DNA of 52,582 bases from the NCBI GenBank assembly GCA_040437565.1, contig JBDOQK010000090.1, positions 1-52,582 on the forward strand. The letters are read 5' to 3'. Of the stretch, positions 33,606 through 46,187 are shown piece by piece; the stretch's first letter is position 1, and each line of letters begins with the position of its first letter. The position numbers were made by a program, and so were the translations under genes. The notes under the pieces were generated by a model. It saw nothing but the letters and a program-made list of their open reading frames with translations, was not told where the DNA came from and did no database searches. The stretch comes from Albugo candida (Eukaryota).

Positions 33606-36600
33606 CTAGTGTCTTACACTCAAATTAGGATTCCCTAAGGTGAAAAGTCTTGGTGCGATTGACATTGCCATAAGTTCCTGAAATAACAATTTGCACGAAT
33701 ACGGAATATGCAATTGAGAAATTTGCGTTTTGTTTCGACAATTCCGGCACTCAAACGTCATTTTCCTCAAGTTTGCAATCGCAATAATTCCACAGATATC
33801 ACAAACGTGAACGCGGTACGCATCCGAATTCGCAAATAATCGATCCATAAGGAAATTCGCTGATCCGTGTGAAATCAAACAATCTCGCTCCATTTCACCC
33901 ATACGTAACCCTCCTTCCCGGGCTCTTCCCTCCATCGGTTGTCGCGTTAGCATTGTCACTGGACCGCGAGACCGCGAGTGTATTTTATCATCAACCATAT
34001 GTTTTAACCGCTGATAGAATGTCGGTCCAATGAAAATCTGAGCGGTTAACGGTCGACCTGTGTGTCCACTATACAAGACCTCATTCCCATGTCGTTGGTA
34101 CCCTAGGTTATGTAACGTATCCGCAATCGCTTGCACTGTAACGTCTGTAAACGGAGTCGCATCGCCCTCGTCGCCCGTCTGTGCGGAAACTTTTCCCAAT
34201 AAACACTCAATTAAGTGACCGACAGTCATTCGAGACGGAATTGCATGAGGATTCACTATAATGTCGGGTGTAATTCCTTCCAAAGTAAACGGCATATCTT
34301 CCTGTCGATAGGTCATTCCAATCGTTCCTTTTTGCCCGTGACGTGATGCAAATTTATCGCCAATTTGCGGAATTCGAATATTACGAAATCGTACTTTAGT
34401 GAATTTGAACCCATCGGCATTTGTAGTGAGCATCACACTGTCAATAATTCCATTCTCATGCGATCGTAACGACGTACTGGCATCCCGTTTCTGATGTCGT
34501 TGCTCCAATGAAGAGTCCTCACTCACTGGAAGTGGTGATGTCTTCCCGATGATAATATCATTCCCACTAACACGTGTCCCAGGAGCCACTAAACCATCCG
34601 CATCTAGTTTATGATAACTGCCATGTCGTAATCCTAGGCAATTGTCGCGCGAAGGTTTCTCAAACTCTTCACAATTTGACACTAAAGCAGTTGCAGCAGA
34701 TCCTCCATGCGGACTTTTATTCCTCTCTTGATCCACATAACATCGATAAAATGTCGATCGGAACAATCCACGATCAATCGCGCTCTGATTCATGATAAGC
34801 GAGTCTTCCTGATTGTATCCGGTGTATGACGCAATTCCCACAATCGCATTGATTCCTGAAGGTAATTCTCTAAAATGTAGAAATTCCATCGCGCGAGTAG
34901 TAACCAGTGGTTTTTGAGGGTAATTGAGTACATTCGCCATTGTATCCATTCTCGCTCTAAAATTCGAACAATAAACGCCCATTGCCTGCTTTCCCATTGC
35001 TGATTGATACGTATTACGTGGCGATTGATTGTGGTCAGGAAATGGGATAATACTCGCACAAATTCCCAATATCATCGACGGATGGATCTCACAATGTGTA
35101 TACTGCTGTGTACCCAATCCGACATCTTTTGGTTCCATCGCAATCATACAAACTTCTTCTTCTTCCGTATCAATTAACTCGACAACACCGTCTGTTAACA
35201 AGTTATGCCAGCGGTAATTTGTAATTTTATGATTTTGTAGTTTGACCACTTGTTCCTTTTGTAATAATAATTGATTCTCTTCCACAATAAATAGCGGGCG
35301 ACACACACGTCCCGCATCCGTGTAAATTCTCAATTCTTTATTCATAAGGTCGCGAATCACAGACACCTCAGCATCGATATCCACACAGCGACGGAGAGAA
35401 CGTAACGTTCGTACCAATTCATTCGGTTCGCGATGAACACCAACCCAATTCCCGTTCACAAAAATTTTGGTAGAATGCGGTATAATTTGAGGTTTTATTT
35501 CTTCCAGGTTCTCAGTCGCCCATTCCTCAAGAAACTCTAAAATAGGAGCTTGAGGGGATCCAACTGAAATGTATGCCATCAACGCGAGATTTTTAACCAA
35601 TCCGACCGCTTGTCCTTCGGGCGTTTCTGCTGGACATATCATTCCCCAATGTGTGTTATGAAGCTGTCGAGGTTGCGCTTGTTTTCCTTCACGTCCGAGC
35701 GGAGTGTTGAGACGACGTAAATGAGACAATGACGATGCATATGTCAATCGATTCAATACTTGAGACACACCAGCTTTCGATGCGGTTTTTTGCATTCCCC
35801 AATTCCCAGTTGCGAGTGAGTACCGTAAACCATTTGTTATTGTTCGTGAGCGAATAGCAAGTGTTAAATTGAAATCTTTTCCATTGTCGACGCATTTTTG
35901 AAGATACGATTTCACATCTTTGGTCAATTTCTTGAATAAAATTCGGAAAAGACTTCCAAGCAGTGGACCCGCAAGATCAAGTCTTTTATTACCATAATGA
36001 TCACGATCGTCTTCACCAATTCGACCCAATGAGCACATTAATAATTTGTGGACCACATACCCCAGGAAATACGCTTTTTTAGTCTCATTGTGATCTTCGA
36101 CGCCGACATGGGGCAGCATTTCCTTTTGAAGAATATCCTGAGCATATCGGATCCGATCGGCTTTGCTCACATTAATCGCACTCCCTCGTCGCCCAATAAA
36201 ATCCAATGCGACTTCCTGTTCTTGTATAACAAACGCTTCTTCCAAAGACGGTTTGAATCGTTCCATTAACTCGATATCACTGAAATCATAACAGATATGT
36301 TCGAGAATTTCTCGATCCGCCACAAAGCCTAATGCTCGGAAAATAATGACAACTGGAATATCTTGACGAATGTATGGGATAACAGCTCGAATTTGATTTC
36401 CACTAATAGCGGATTTCCCACCACTTCGCTGATACATTTGCACATACATTGTGCTGGTGGGTCGAACACCATGTTCCACGTGCGATCGCGTCTCACAGAC
36501 CCAGCTGTACTTTGAAACACCACTCTTCCGGAAGCAATACACGTGATTATTACTCATTCGTTCTTGTGCGATTAATACTTTTTCACTTCCATTAATCAGA

Positions 36601-37214
36601 AAGTAACCGCCTTGATCATAAACACATTCATTCAGTTCGGTTAATTCCTTGTCTGTTTTATGTGTTAGTACACAATATTGGGATCGAAGCATAATGGGAA
36701 CCATTCCAATGAATTCTTTGGGTGTTTCGACTTGATCGTATGGCTCCATTTCTTCGATTTTCGTAGGTCCAGTTGGATTGGCTTGGAATTTCTGACATAT
36801 CACATCAACATACAACGGCGCCGAATATGTGAGATTCCGGAGACGTGCTTCATGTGGAAACATAACACTTGTGGATCCATCTGCTTCGGTCATAGTTGGC
36901 TTGGAGAGATAAATTTGTCCGAATTGAATTACATAAATAGTATCAGTCGCTGCTTTGGCTTGGCCGGGTGTATACTGTGCTTCAGGATTGATTCGAATAT
37001 GACGAGAATCATCGACGAGTTCCTGCATTGTGTTTTGTATAAATTCATCAAAAGAATCCAATTGCTGTCTAACGAGTCCTTTTTCTTCGAAATAACTGCT
37101 GATGACAGCCCACGCATCTTCTTGTGAAACAGAGGAGCCCAATAGTCCTTGTGTGTTGACAGCGTTTGTAGAAGAGACAAAATTGTCATCGTCTTGTGCA
37201 TCCATCCACGCCAT
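33606..37214 (-). CDS. RPB2: RNA polymerase II second-largest subunit, 1202 aa, intronless
   Basis: [73 protein letters not shown]-terminal zinc finger. Confidence 0.99.
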   Translation of the reverse strand: MAWMDAQDDDNFVSSTNAVNTQGLLGSSVSQEDAWAVISSYFEEKGLVRQQLDSFDEFIQNTMQELVDDSRHIRINPEAQYTPGQAKAATDTIYVIQFGQIYLSKPTMTEADGSTSVMFPHEARLRNLTYSAPLYVDVICQKFQANPTGPTKIEEMEPYDQVETPKEFIGMVPIMLRSQYCVLTHKTDKELTELNECVYDQGGYFLINGSEKVLIAQERMSNNHVYCFRKSGVSKYSWVCETRSHVEHGVRPTSTMYVQMYQRSGGKSAISGNQIRAVIPYIRQDIPVVIIFRALGFVADREILEHICYDFSDIELMERFKPSLEEAFVIQEQEVALDFIGRRGSAINVSKADRIRYAQDILQKEMLPHVGVEDHNETKKAYFLGYVVHKLLMCSLGRIGEDDRDHYGNKRLDLAGPLLGSLFRILFKKLTKDVKSYLQKCVDNGKDFNLTLAIRSRTITNGLRYSLATGNWGMQKTASKAGVSQVLNRLTYASSLSHLRRLNTPLGREGKQAQPRQLHNTHWGMICPAETPEGQAVGLVKNLALMAYISVGSPQAPILEFLEEWATENLEEIKPQIIPHSTKIFVNGNWVGVHREPNELVRTLRSLRRCVDIDAEVSVIRDLMNKELRIYTDAGRVCRPLFIVEENQLLLQKEQVVKLQNHKITNYRWHNLLTDGVVELIDTEEEEVCMIAMEPKDVGLGTQQYTHCEIHPSMILGICASIIPFPDHNQSPRNTYQSAMGKQAMGVYCSNFRARMDTMANVLNYPQKPLVTTRAMEFLHFRELPSGINAIVGIASYTGYNQEDSLIMNQSAIDRGLFRSTFYRCYVDQERNKSPHGGSAATALVSNCEEFEKPSRDNCLGLRHGSYHKLDADGLVAPGTRVSGNDIIIGKTSPLPVSEDSSLEQRHQKRDASTSLRSHENGIIDSVMLTTNADGFKFTKVRFRNIRIPQIGDKFASRHGQKGTIGMTYRQEDMPFTLEGITPDIIVNPHAIPSRMTVGHLIECLLGKVSAQTGDEGDATPFTDVTVQAIADTLHNLGYQRHGNEVLYSGHTGRPLTAQIFIGPTFYQRLKHMVDDKIHSRSRGPVTMLTRQPMEGRAREGGLRMGEMERDCLISHGSANFLMDRLFANSDAYRVHVCDICGIIAIANLRKMTFECRNCRNKTQISQLHIPYSCKLLFQELMAMSIAPRLFTLGNPNLSVRH

Positions 37215-37476
37215 AGTTCAATGCGGTTTGAATCGAATGGATGTTTTGAGATCGGAAGGCGCAAATGCGTCGCAGAAAACAAAACAGCGGATTCTCCCTA
37301 TTGCTTCGTTACCAGTACTTACCAGTACAATACCGGTATGTACCGGTATTTTGCTGACTAGTAAAAGCGAAAAGTTCGGAATCTTTTTCCTTTTTAAATT
37401 CCGCCATTTGTTCCGTGGTATAGGGCACTTTGCAGCGCTTTACTCACACCACATCGGGTCTTCCCATCATCCTTCA
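37215..37476. promoter_or_regulatory. Putative bidirectional promoter (RPB2 / CH-domain gene) with four phased TACCRGTA motifs
   Basis: 262 bp between divergent ATGs. TACCAGTA at 37310 and 37320, TACCGGTA at 37331 and 37341. Confidence 0.55.
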
Positions 37477-40032
37477 ATGATACCAAATAACAGTCAGCGT
37501 ATTCCGGGGCTTATAGACTCTTCTCGAGCATCACAAAGTGATCCTTCCGCTTCGATTGAATGGATGCACTATGAGCTGCTGCAGGCGTCCGATACCTTTT
37601 CGTCTGATTCGAAACTTCCGTGGAAACAGGTCCTCCAATCGTTATCCTCACATATTCAAATGTCAGAAAAGGCAAACAATCAATGGGAACGTATCAATTT
37701 GTATGAAATTCTTCGCGATGGAAAATGTTTATACCTTTTAGCATTTGCAATTCAGAAGAGCGGACGTTGCTCGATTCAAGATGAAGGGCTCCAACGTCGA
37801 GTGTTTAAAGCTACAGTACAGCGCTCGCTGGTGAAGAACTCGACATTTCACTGTATGGAACGAGTGCAATTATTTCTTCGATGGTGTCGGGAATTGGTGC
37901 ATTTAGAAGAGCATTTGATATTTACAAATGTTCAGCTGCTGGAAGAAAAAAACGAACAAGCGATATGCAGCTGTTTAGACGCACTTCGACATCGTTTCGA
38001 CGTGCGAAATGCGTCCCCAAATGTCCAAAATCCCGCGGAAGAAGAAGAAGAAGTATTGCCTCAAGACGATGAGAGTATACTCAAAGACCTCAACGTATTT
38101 GAGGAAAGGCAATTGGCTGATGAGGATGCAGGTATTTCGAATACGAGTCAGTCGACTCGAAGTGGGCGGTTGGGAATGTTTTTGAATCGTTTTACGAGCA
38201 AATCGGTCAAAATGTTGAAAGAGAGTGTATCGAGTCCAAAATTGATTCAAGGAACAGTGATTCCTCAAGAGGATAATCAAGAAAGCAATTGTGAGGGACT
38301 TCGATTTGACTCTTTGGAAAGTGATAGTGAGCACGCGGAATGTGTTGACGAGAAAGAGTGTTTCAGCGTTGAATCTATTCAAAATCAAGTGAATCCCGTA
38401 CAAAGATCGCTGGCTCGACGTCCATCTAAACTCGCGGCTTTTCTCGCAACGATGCCAATGCCTCAAAATGCGACAGTCATTGTTAGTGCTAATGTCCCTC
38501 ATGACACAAACGCGAGAGAAAGAGAAGTGGAAAGTGAAGTGGACGATAACACCGATACGGAAGGATCTGAAGGACATGTTGAAGCATTATGTGATGGCGA
38601 TGTCACGTCCTCTGAGCGAGATACACTTCGCAGTGATATCGAAAGTGAGACTCAAGAAGATGAGGATCTCGACATGAAAGACGCTCAAGTGGAAGCAGAA
38701 GATGAAGATGAAGAACGAGAGGAAGAGGAAGAAGAAGAAGAAGCCGATGTATCAGAGACCAAGATATATGACAATTCCATTGACTTCCATCAAGATTCGG
38801 AAAGTGATAACCAACGTCCTAAGGAATCAATACCCGCAAATCCTCAAGAATTCATTTGCAACGCAAAGAGTGAGCAAAGCGTCAAAACGGACGATACGAA
38901 AGTATCATATGAGATCGAGCAATACGCCCCATTGCTAGAGGAACGAATGGATGATACGTCAAGTCGCAAAGAGAGTGATTCGATCGATGAGCAAGAAACT
39001 GTGATTCTCTCGGTGAATGGTGAAGTTTCTATTGATACGTCAAATTCTGTTTCTAAAGCGATGGAATCGAATATGATCGACGAAACAGTCCACGAATGCA
39101 TTTCTTTAGCAAAGGAAGCCATTGAGACGGAAGAGATTCCTTCCCCGCATGCAAAAGAGAAAATTCCCTCCGAATTGAATACTCTGAGAGATCAATTGAG
39201 GGAAGATCGGATTGGGTTTGAGAGGGAACGTGAGGAATTCCGAAATGAAATTTCAAAAATGGAAAATGAACGGTTTATATTAGAGAACGCGGTGAAGCGA
39301 CAAAGTGAGAGTGTTGCTAAATTGAAAGTGAAACTGAGTGTATCCGAAAGAGAAAAGAAAGTGGCAATGGAAAATGAAGAAGCGGCACGTTATGCAGCGA
39401 AAATTGCATTTGAAGCGCGGGATCAAATTGAACTTCNNNNNNNNNNNNNNNNNNNNNNNNNNNNNNNNNNNNNNNNNNNNNNNNNNNNNNNNNNNNNNNN
39501 NNNNNNNNNNNNNNNNNNNNNNNNNNNNNNNNNNNNCAAAGAGAGTGATTCGATCGATGAGCAAGAAACTGTGATTCTCTCGGTGAATGGTGAAGTTTCT
39601 ATTGATACGTCAAATTCTGTTTCTAAAGCGATGGAATCGAATATGATCGACGAAACAGTCCACGAATGCATTTCTTTAGCAAAGGAAGCCATTGAGACGG
39701 AAGAGATTCCTTCCCCGCATGCAAAAGAGAAAATTCCCTCCGAATTGAATACTCTGAGAGATCAATTGAGGGAAGATCGGATTGGGTTTGAGAGGGAACG
39801 TGAGGAATTCCGAAATGAAATTTCAAAAATGGAAAATGAACGGTTTATATTAGAGAACGCGGTGAAGCGACAAAGTGAGAGTGTTGCTAAATTGAAAGTG
39901 AAACTGAGTGTATCCGAAAGAGAAAAGAAAGTGGCAATGGAAAATGAAGAAGCGGCACGTTATGCAGCGAAAATTGCATTTGAAGCGCGGGATCAAATTG
40001 AACTTCAATTGCGTCAAATGAAAACGCAATAG
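37477..40032 (+). CDS. Calponin-homology domain protein with acidic low-complexity middle and C-terminal coiled coil (~661 aa after removing the gap-associated duplication)
   Basis: LYEILRDGKCLYLL...FHCMERVQLFLRWC...IFTNVQLLEEKNEQAICSCLDAL matches the calponin/transgelin-type CH pattern. 38967-39436 is repeated exactly at 39537-40006 across the N gap. Start codon inferred. Confidence 0.75.
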   Translation: MIPNNSQRIPGLIDSSRASQSDPSASIEWMHYELLQASDTFSSDSKLPWKQVLQSLSSHIQMSEKANNQWERINLYEILRDGKCLYLLAFAIQKSGRCSIQDEGLQRRVFKATVQRSLVKNSTFHCMERVQLFLRWCRELVHLEEHLIFTNVQLLEEKNEQAICSCLDALRHRFDVRNASPNVQNPAEEEEEVLPQDDESILKDLNVFEERQLADEDAGISNTSQSTRSGRLGMFLNRFTSKSVKMLKESVSSPKLIQGTVIPQEDNQESNCEGLRFDSLESDSEHAECVDEKECFSVESIQNQVNPVQRSLARRPSKLAAFLATMPMPQNATVIVSANVPHDTNAREREVESEVDDNTDTEGSEGHVEALCDGDVTSSERDTLRSDIESETQEDEDLDMKDAQVEAEDEDEEREEEEEEEEADVSETKIYDNSIDFHQDSESDNQRPKESIPANPQEFICNAKSEQSVKTDDTKVSYEIEQYAPLLEERMDDTSSRKESDSIDEQETVILSVNGEVSIDTSNSVSKAMESNMIDETVHECISLAKEAIETEEIPSPHAKEKIPSELNTLRDQLREDRIGFEREREEFRNEISKMENERFILENAVKRQSESVAKLKVKLSVSEREKKVAMENEEAARYAAKIAFEARDQIELXXXXXXXXXXXXXXXXXXXXXXXXXXXXXXXXXXKESDSIDEQETVILSVNGEVSIDTSNSVSKAMESNMIDETVHECISLAKEAIETEEIPSPHAKEKIPSELNTLRDQLREDRIGFEREREEFRNEISKMENERFILENAVKRQSESVAKLKVKLSVSEREKKVAMENEEAARYAAKIAFEARDQIELQLRQMKTQ

Positions 40033-40805
40033 AAGAATGTTTGTATGATTGATTAGAAATAAGCTGTTTTTGAATTATTGGCAGAAGATAATAATTTACG
40101 AAAGAGTATATCCTTCCTAGATGTATATTCGAAAGCGAAGGGACCTATTTCTCGTCCGATTGGAATGCTTTGGTGGCAAAGTACGTTTAGCCTGTGAGTA
40201 GAGCACTGCCAGGGGCAGAGAATTTGCCAATCGCGCTCAAGTCGGTTACGATTCAGCATTACGCAGTAGAATCTCTATGCTTCGTTTCCATGACGCTGCT
40301 AGTCGGCCGTATTCACGCTTCATGATCTAGGACTTGATGCTGCTGAAACCTAATAATTTAGAAATCACGCGATGCATTTTCAAGTCAATTATGACATGAA
40401 GGATACTAAAATCAAAAGCTGTATGACTGAATATGCTCGTTTAGATACTCACAGTCTGTAAGCCTCTCCGTAATATGTTCTTGTACATTTAATCACTGGC
40501 TCAACTGTATTGGATGTTTCCAGAGTGACCAATACCGACACTTATACCAAGCATATCATTACCTTCACTATCACACAAATGTATTTGCATTCAAATGAAT
40601 ATAACGATACATAAATGCTATTGTAAAGCGATGGATACGTATCGAACGATCTCTGAAAGTAATACATGCGCTGGTGGGGGACGCACACCGCTAAGAAACT
40701 CATCTCATTATAAAATTCATGATTTCTGATCCGCTTAAGTACGAAACGTGGCTTTATCATTCGATACGATAGATTCAGTGAAGAGAAGGTAGTGGCCAGA
40801 CATTA

Positions 40806-40821
40806 TCATTCTTTAAATTTC
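40806..40821 (+). promoter_or_regulatory. Oomycete Inr+FPR core promoter element
   Basis: TCATTCTTTAAATTTC ends 10 bp before ATG 40831, fits YCATTYY..AWTTY and is conserved in the paralog. Confidence 0.65.
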
Positions 40822-40830
40822 ACACTTAAA

Positions 40831-42619
40831 ATGATTCGTTTCCTTCGTCATCCGACATTTTGGAATTTGTGCACGTAAATTATATCGATATGACGTGTCG
40901 TTCTATTCCTGGTATACCAATACGTGCCAGACTTGCTTACTGAATGCAGGCGCAATCCACGTTGAAGAGATAGAATCGATGCAAAACGATGGTGTTGGCA
41001 TGTTGAAGTATTTGGTGTTGGGAGTGTCAAGAACCTTTCCAACAAGCTTTATCAGTTGCATCATTCCAAGCGTGTGTGTAGACTTGAACTTTGCAGTTAA
41101 CGATGAAGCTGCCGTGTATCGCACAGATTTGATGAAGGGATTCGGAGCATCTTTGACCATGGAGACACCTTTAAAACATCGTGGTAGTTTCGACAGACTA
41201 CCGTCCAACCTTCCAGTCAGCGCAGGCAATAAGCACCAGCTGGGTCTAGTGGGCAACAGTCAGTACGCTGAACAAGTAATTGTTAAAGATGAAGAAAGTG
41301 GCTTTCAACAAGTTTGTCTATTGAAACATAAAGAATCTATTACGCGTCGATGTGATATCTGTCTGAAAAGAGCGAGTGATGCAGCTGATATGGAGAAATA
41401 TTTTGTATATCGTTCGAAAACGAGTGTCGTATACATGATATATGCATCAAAGTGGAACGTCGATACGTGTATCGCTGATAATATATGTGCAGGTTCAACG
41501 ACTCAAATCTTGGACAATCTCTGCGAACTGATCAAATTCACAACATCATCAACCAAGTTTCAAAAAAATAAGAAGATGCCACAAGTGTTGGGGGGTATCG
41601 AAGAACATTTTACAACAATCCTTCGAGCTTCCGCTGAAGGAAACCAAGATGCAATATTTAATGAAGAAGAGGAGCCAAAATATACAAAAAATACACTTGA
41701 AAAGTTTCTGATGCCATGGAGCTGCAGGTCAACAAAAGACGCGTCTTTTTGGGACGATATTTGCTGGAAATGCTTGGCCGATATGTATAAAGGAATGGTA
41801 CTTTTCGATGCAATGGAGCCATTTCCAGAGTATGATGGTGATAGACGCTTTCTTATCCGTCTTTTCGGCACAGGAGGCACAGGCTCTTCATCTCAGGTTT
41901 GTAAGGTCGTGTGTGGTACAATTCTTCCAAGTAACCACTGCAAATCGGATATCGTTCGTGTGGATAATTTTGTTCCCCCAAATGACATTACTTTTCTTTT
42001 AGAACAAAAACCATCCGCATCGAAGACAACCGTTGAGGTCAAAGATCTTCATGGCTGCGTCATGGTAAAACACTTACTTGATCGTCAACCTGATTGTCTC
42101 GAAATATTCCATGGTAAAACACAGGTTTGGAACCTCACTCCAATCACATTCTTGATGTCGATATACGCCCATACAAAAGGCGCTGATGTTTCGAAATCCC
42201 ACGTATTCCACGACTCGGGCTGTGTACAATTGGAGGTTATGCCTGAAATCATGTGCCAGTATAAAATAAAGCCTATCGCGGTGAAGGAAGATTTGAACTT
42301 TGAAGCTCATGGCCATCATTCATTCTCGTCGCCAGCTGCAAAACTGATCGTGGTCGAGTGGAATACTGTCGATCTAGAAGACGTTGAAGAGTAAATATTG
42401 TTTGAAGATTGCTTCACTTGTATCACGACCAAGCGTAAAGTTGTTCTGATGTCATTGGTTGAACGATTTGTTTGGATCGTACTATCGGATAAGCCCCTGC
42501 AATGTTACCAGTGCCAGCAAAATCTGAGACTTGGAGGAGAAGTTGCATATGATTCGTATCTTCGGCAAATCTCAGTCGAAGAAGTAAAGGAGTACTTCAG
42601 TATGCCCAGAACAATTTAA
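40831..42619 (+). pseudogene. CCG-class effector copy A, disabled (11-bp deletion in the signal peptide; in-frame TAA at 42392-42394)
   Basis: CQTCLLNAG motif. Reading from ATG 40831 stops after 15 codons because ATCTAGTTTTC, present in copy B, is missing. ORFs 40895-42394 and 42398-42619 are in the same frame. Confidence 0.8.
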
Positions 42620-43149
42620 GAATATAATTGAAAATGAAAAAAAATGATCTTCTGGCTTCTTCTGTCTGATCGCGAGCATTTATTCTCTCCCAGATAGACT
42701 TTGCTCATGTTTGTTAAATTATATGTATCTCGGTAACGTCATATTGAAAAAACAGCACACTCGAAGACACTTGGTGAACCATTGGTAGCTGTGCTACTTC
42801 GTGCCGACCTGTGAAATTGATAGCAAAATTGATAGCAATATTCACTTATTGTCGTTCGTAACTTATCTTTGCGGGAAGCAAGGAAAGTAAATGCGTCTCC
42901 ATTACCAAAAGCAGCGATAGGTGGATACTTATCCCAATCCTTTGCATCCGTGAATGTGAGTGTTTTTACGCATATTAGTGTATTCGAGTTCCGCAGGTGA
43001 CGTCCATCGTTGTGTTGTGCTATCACACAAGTAGCACACATATGTTGTAGATAAATCGCACAGCAGGATAGCTTGTTGCCCCAACACAATCTGTGCGAAT
43101 GTTGTCTAAGAATGTACTGTGACTATAAAGCGTTTGCCTGCTATGCTGT

Positions 43150-43900
43150 AGTTAAAGTCTCTGAAGACGACTTATGTATTCGCTTCGCTGGAATGGAGAC
43201 ATCAAACTGTTAGATAATTGTCTTCCCCCGAAAGCGATAGTTGGATGTATTTGGACAATATTTATATACATTAGAAACTACGTTTCCGGTGGAAATGGTC
43301 TGCGTATATCTTTATAATAATCGCTTAATGAACATTGGTAGTAGGGCTTCCCCATTAAACCGCGCTTTCAATGCAGATCCATTACGCGTGCTACTCCAAT
43401 GTGAAATAGATTCATGATTGGAGGAAGACTGCAAGGTGTGACATTTTTTCTAACCAGTGGATCAATCGAGTATCATGGCGTTTTTGGAATAACTTTGACA
43501 GTTGGGTCTGATAGTCGTTTGAAGATTGCGAACACCCACTAAAGTGTCTGCAAAAGATCTCTATCACGAAAAAAAGTCTTTTTATTACAGCTGCATATTG
43601 GAAGAGCCATTCACAGTCGTAAAGGCAATGAAAGTATCCGCCTACACCATGCAGGAGACCATCTCGTGTAAAAATTTATGTGTAGTCCAATCTCATCAGC
43701 CTGGCTATCCTCAAGTTGTTGAAGTAGTCATCATGACAGCGCTTTTACAATTATGAACGCGATCCGATTCCGTTCGAATGCGGGATAGTTGAGAGACGAA
43801 GGTATGAAGTATCTTCCAGCATTTCAAAACAGTCTTCAAAGAGAGTAGAATTGAAATCAGCCTACAGATTCATTTGGAATCTTACACGAGCTCCTTATCA
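43150..43900 (+). mobile_element. Possible decayed Ty3/gypsy integrase C-terminus (GPY/F-like region)
   Basis: ILEEPFTVVKAMKVSAYTM resembles the GPF.V...AY.L motif; otherwise very degraded. Confidence 0.3.
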
Positions 43901-46187
43901 CACACATGATACCAATCCGTTTCTTCAATCGAGTCTCGTCCAAGTCAAAGTCTCGCTCGTTACGTAAAGCAAAGGGAAGCATTTTTGACTAGCCTCTCTC
44001 AGCCTCCAAATAGTAATTATCACCATTTCCGATCTTTACGGTCTGAATTCCACCAAAGAAGTGTGACGTTGAACAGAAGAAGTTACAAATTACTTTCTAG
44101 ATCATTGAGATGGTGTCATGGCTAATCTCCAAACCCATTACCTAATCCATATGCCACTGGCACTGATTTTAAAATTGATTTGAGCCAGACATGTTGACAT
44201 TTTCTTCTTCGTTTGACTGCGGGTAGGACGCGAAAGCGGTCAACCACATATGGATAAGTTAATTGGTCCTCTATCGGGATTTTTTGCAGTGCTCTGGCAC
44301 ATCTTTCATCTGTAAGTGCTCCAGCAAATTCTCAAATTCAAACCGGAAGATCGTTTGCAAATAGTAAAGCAATTTGACACAATTGTCGTTCTGCGGTCAA
44401 ATTCGTGAGGAAAACATCACAATTTTGTTGTATTTCAGCGTCGACACTGTAAGCGATAGAATTTTCCGAGTAAGTTTGGCTTCCGGCATTTCCATAGACA
44501 ATGAATTGGCAAATATTGTAAGCATAGTCGAACTTCATCCATCGGCTCTGCGTCAAAATGTGCGACATTAAGTAGCTGATACCCTAATCGATGAAACCCT
44601 AAGAAAAAATAGATAGAGAACATTGTGGTAAGTCTGTTGCACCAGAAATACGAATACTGAAGATAATCGGAGCTCCAGATCAACAGAGACGTTTCCACGA
44701 GCTTTTTAATCATAAATCGATAATCGATTACACTAAAGGACCCAAAAAGTTGACGCTACTTTCGGTGAAAAACGATTCTGAAGCTCACAAAGACATATCA
44801 GTACGATCATCGCCATCTCCAAGCATTGCTATGGGTCGTTTATCCTTTCATCCAAGATCATCAAACCCATCAACAGTGAGACCACACCCGTCGGATCGGT
44901 ACAATCCAACAGAAGAATCCCGCAATACCGGCAGGAAAGGGACGATTGCAGCTTTGAATGAAGTTGGTATCAGACTATTGATACCAATTTGACACTTTTT
45001 CTCGATCAAAAATACGTCCCAATTGCTATTTGATACATTCAAAGCCGTAATCGTATTGGAACTTTCGATTGTCCGCTTCTGTCTCTTCTTCTTCAGCTGC
45101 TTCCATTTGCTCAAAATGTTTTAGAAGTAATTGTGGTAACAAGAGCATCGTGGGGCGGCTGTCTCCTGAAAATTTAGGAAGGGAACGATTGCGCGTAGCG
45201 ATTCGAAGTCAATCGGTAAGGGCATAAATGTGGTTCCATCTTAGTAAGGCGATATGATGAAGCAGGTACCGAGCTTTGGAAGTAGACAATGAGGCGAGGC
45301 TTCACCGATCGTATCATCCTTTGCTAGCGCTTGTTTGGTTTTCGGCTGTGAGTTTTGATTCCCAAATTCTCTAAAACTCCATTTGAGGCGTTTGGCTGTA
45401 CATCTGCACCGTACGTGATCAGCGAATCCGGAAAAAATAACACCATGTCCAGAGCAATGTCAGTACCCACAGAAACAGAGCACAATTGAAGAGGAAAAAG
45501 CGACGGAATGAGACATTGCCTGAAGCAAACTGCGCTTACCAGTGAACATTTTCTTCATCAATATAGATTTAGCTACCTTGCTGACATTTGCAAAGGTCGA
45601 CTCAATACTTCAGACGTCATATTTGAGGCAATTCTTCCTCAACCAAAGTCATTAAAATCGTCATAATTGCGAATTTGATGATTGTGAGCTCGGGCGCCTT
45701 TGGACGTCTTCTTATCGCTGTATTCTGTGATTCCTGCGTACATTGGAAGGATGACTTGAGACAGATCACTCCAGGCTCCTACGTAAGGCCAACTCGTTCT
45801 CGAGGGTGCATGGAGTGGGATAAAAAGCAGAGGCATTCGGGCATTTCAGCTTCATAATTACCCCTTCACCTCATAGGAAAATACCGCAATATCAACCAAT
45901 GGCTCTAGTGTGAAGCTCTATTTTTGACCAATGTATAGCACCATTTCGTAGAATTGGTCAACAACGGACGAGTACGACACCTTTCATGGCCATTTCCATC
46001 TCTTTTGACAATCTCGTTGCATGTGATCTTCCATGGCATCTACAGCTGGTTCTTTCTTCGCCTCCTTGCTGTTGAAATTGATAAGCAACCGAAGAAGATG
46101 CTCGGTTTGGGTAAAATCAATGCTATCCTGAAATCCAAATTCGATTTCCACGTTTGGCATATAGCACCGATTTTGGATTGCGTTAAC

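Larger units (their letters stand above)
40786..43092 (+). repeat. Left arm of a ~2.3-2.6 kb inverted segmental duplication (partner 49580-52167)
   Basis: Promoter, CCG gene and ~470 bp of 3' flank align to the reverse complement of the right arm. Confidence 0.9.

Noticed and set aside
33606-37214. Antisense and alternate-frame ORFs within RPB2, CBL, DES1 and DnaJ
   Set aside because: Shadow ORFs of real genes with no independent protein features.
37102-37476. Apparent overlap of the 976-aa ORF with the RPB2 5' end
   Set aside because: Likely a chance upstream open frame through the promoter; recognisable protein features start after ATG 37477.
38967-40006. Apparent 470-bp internal tandem duplication in the CH-domain gene
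   Set aside because: The copies are identical and separated by exactly 100 N; typical scaffolding overlap artefact.
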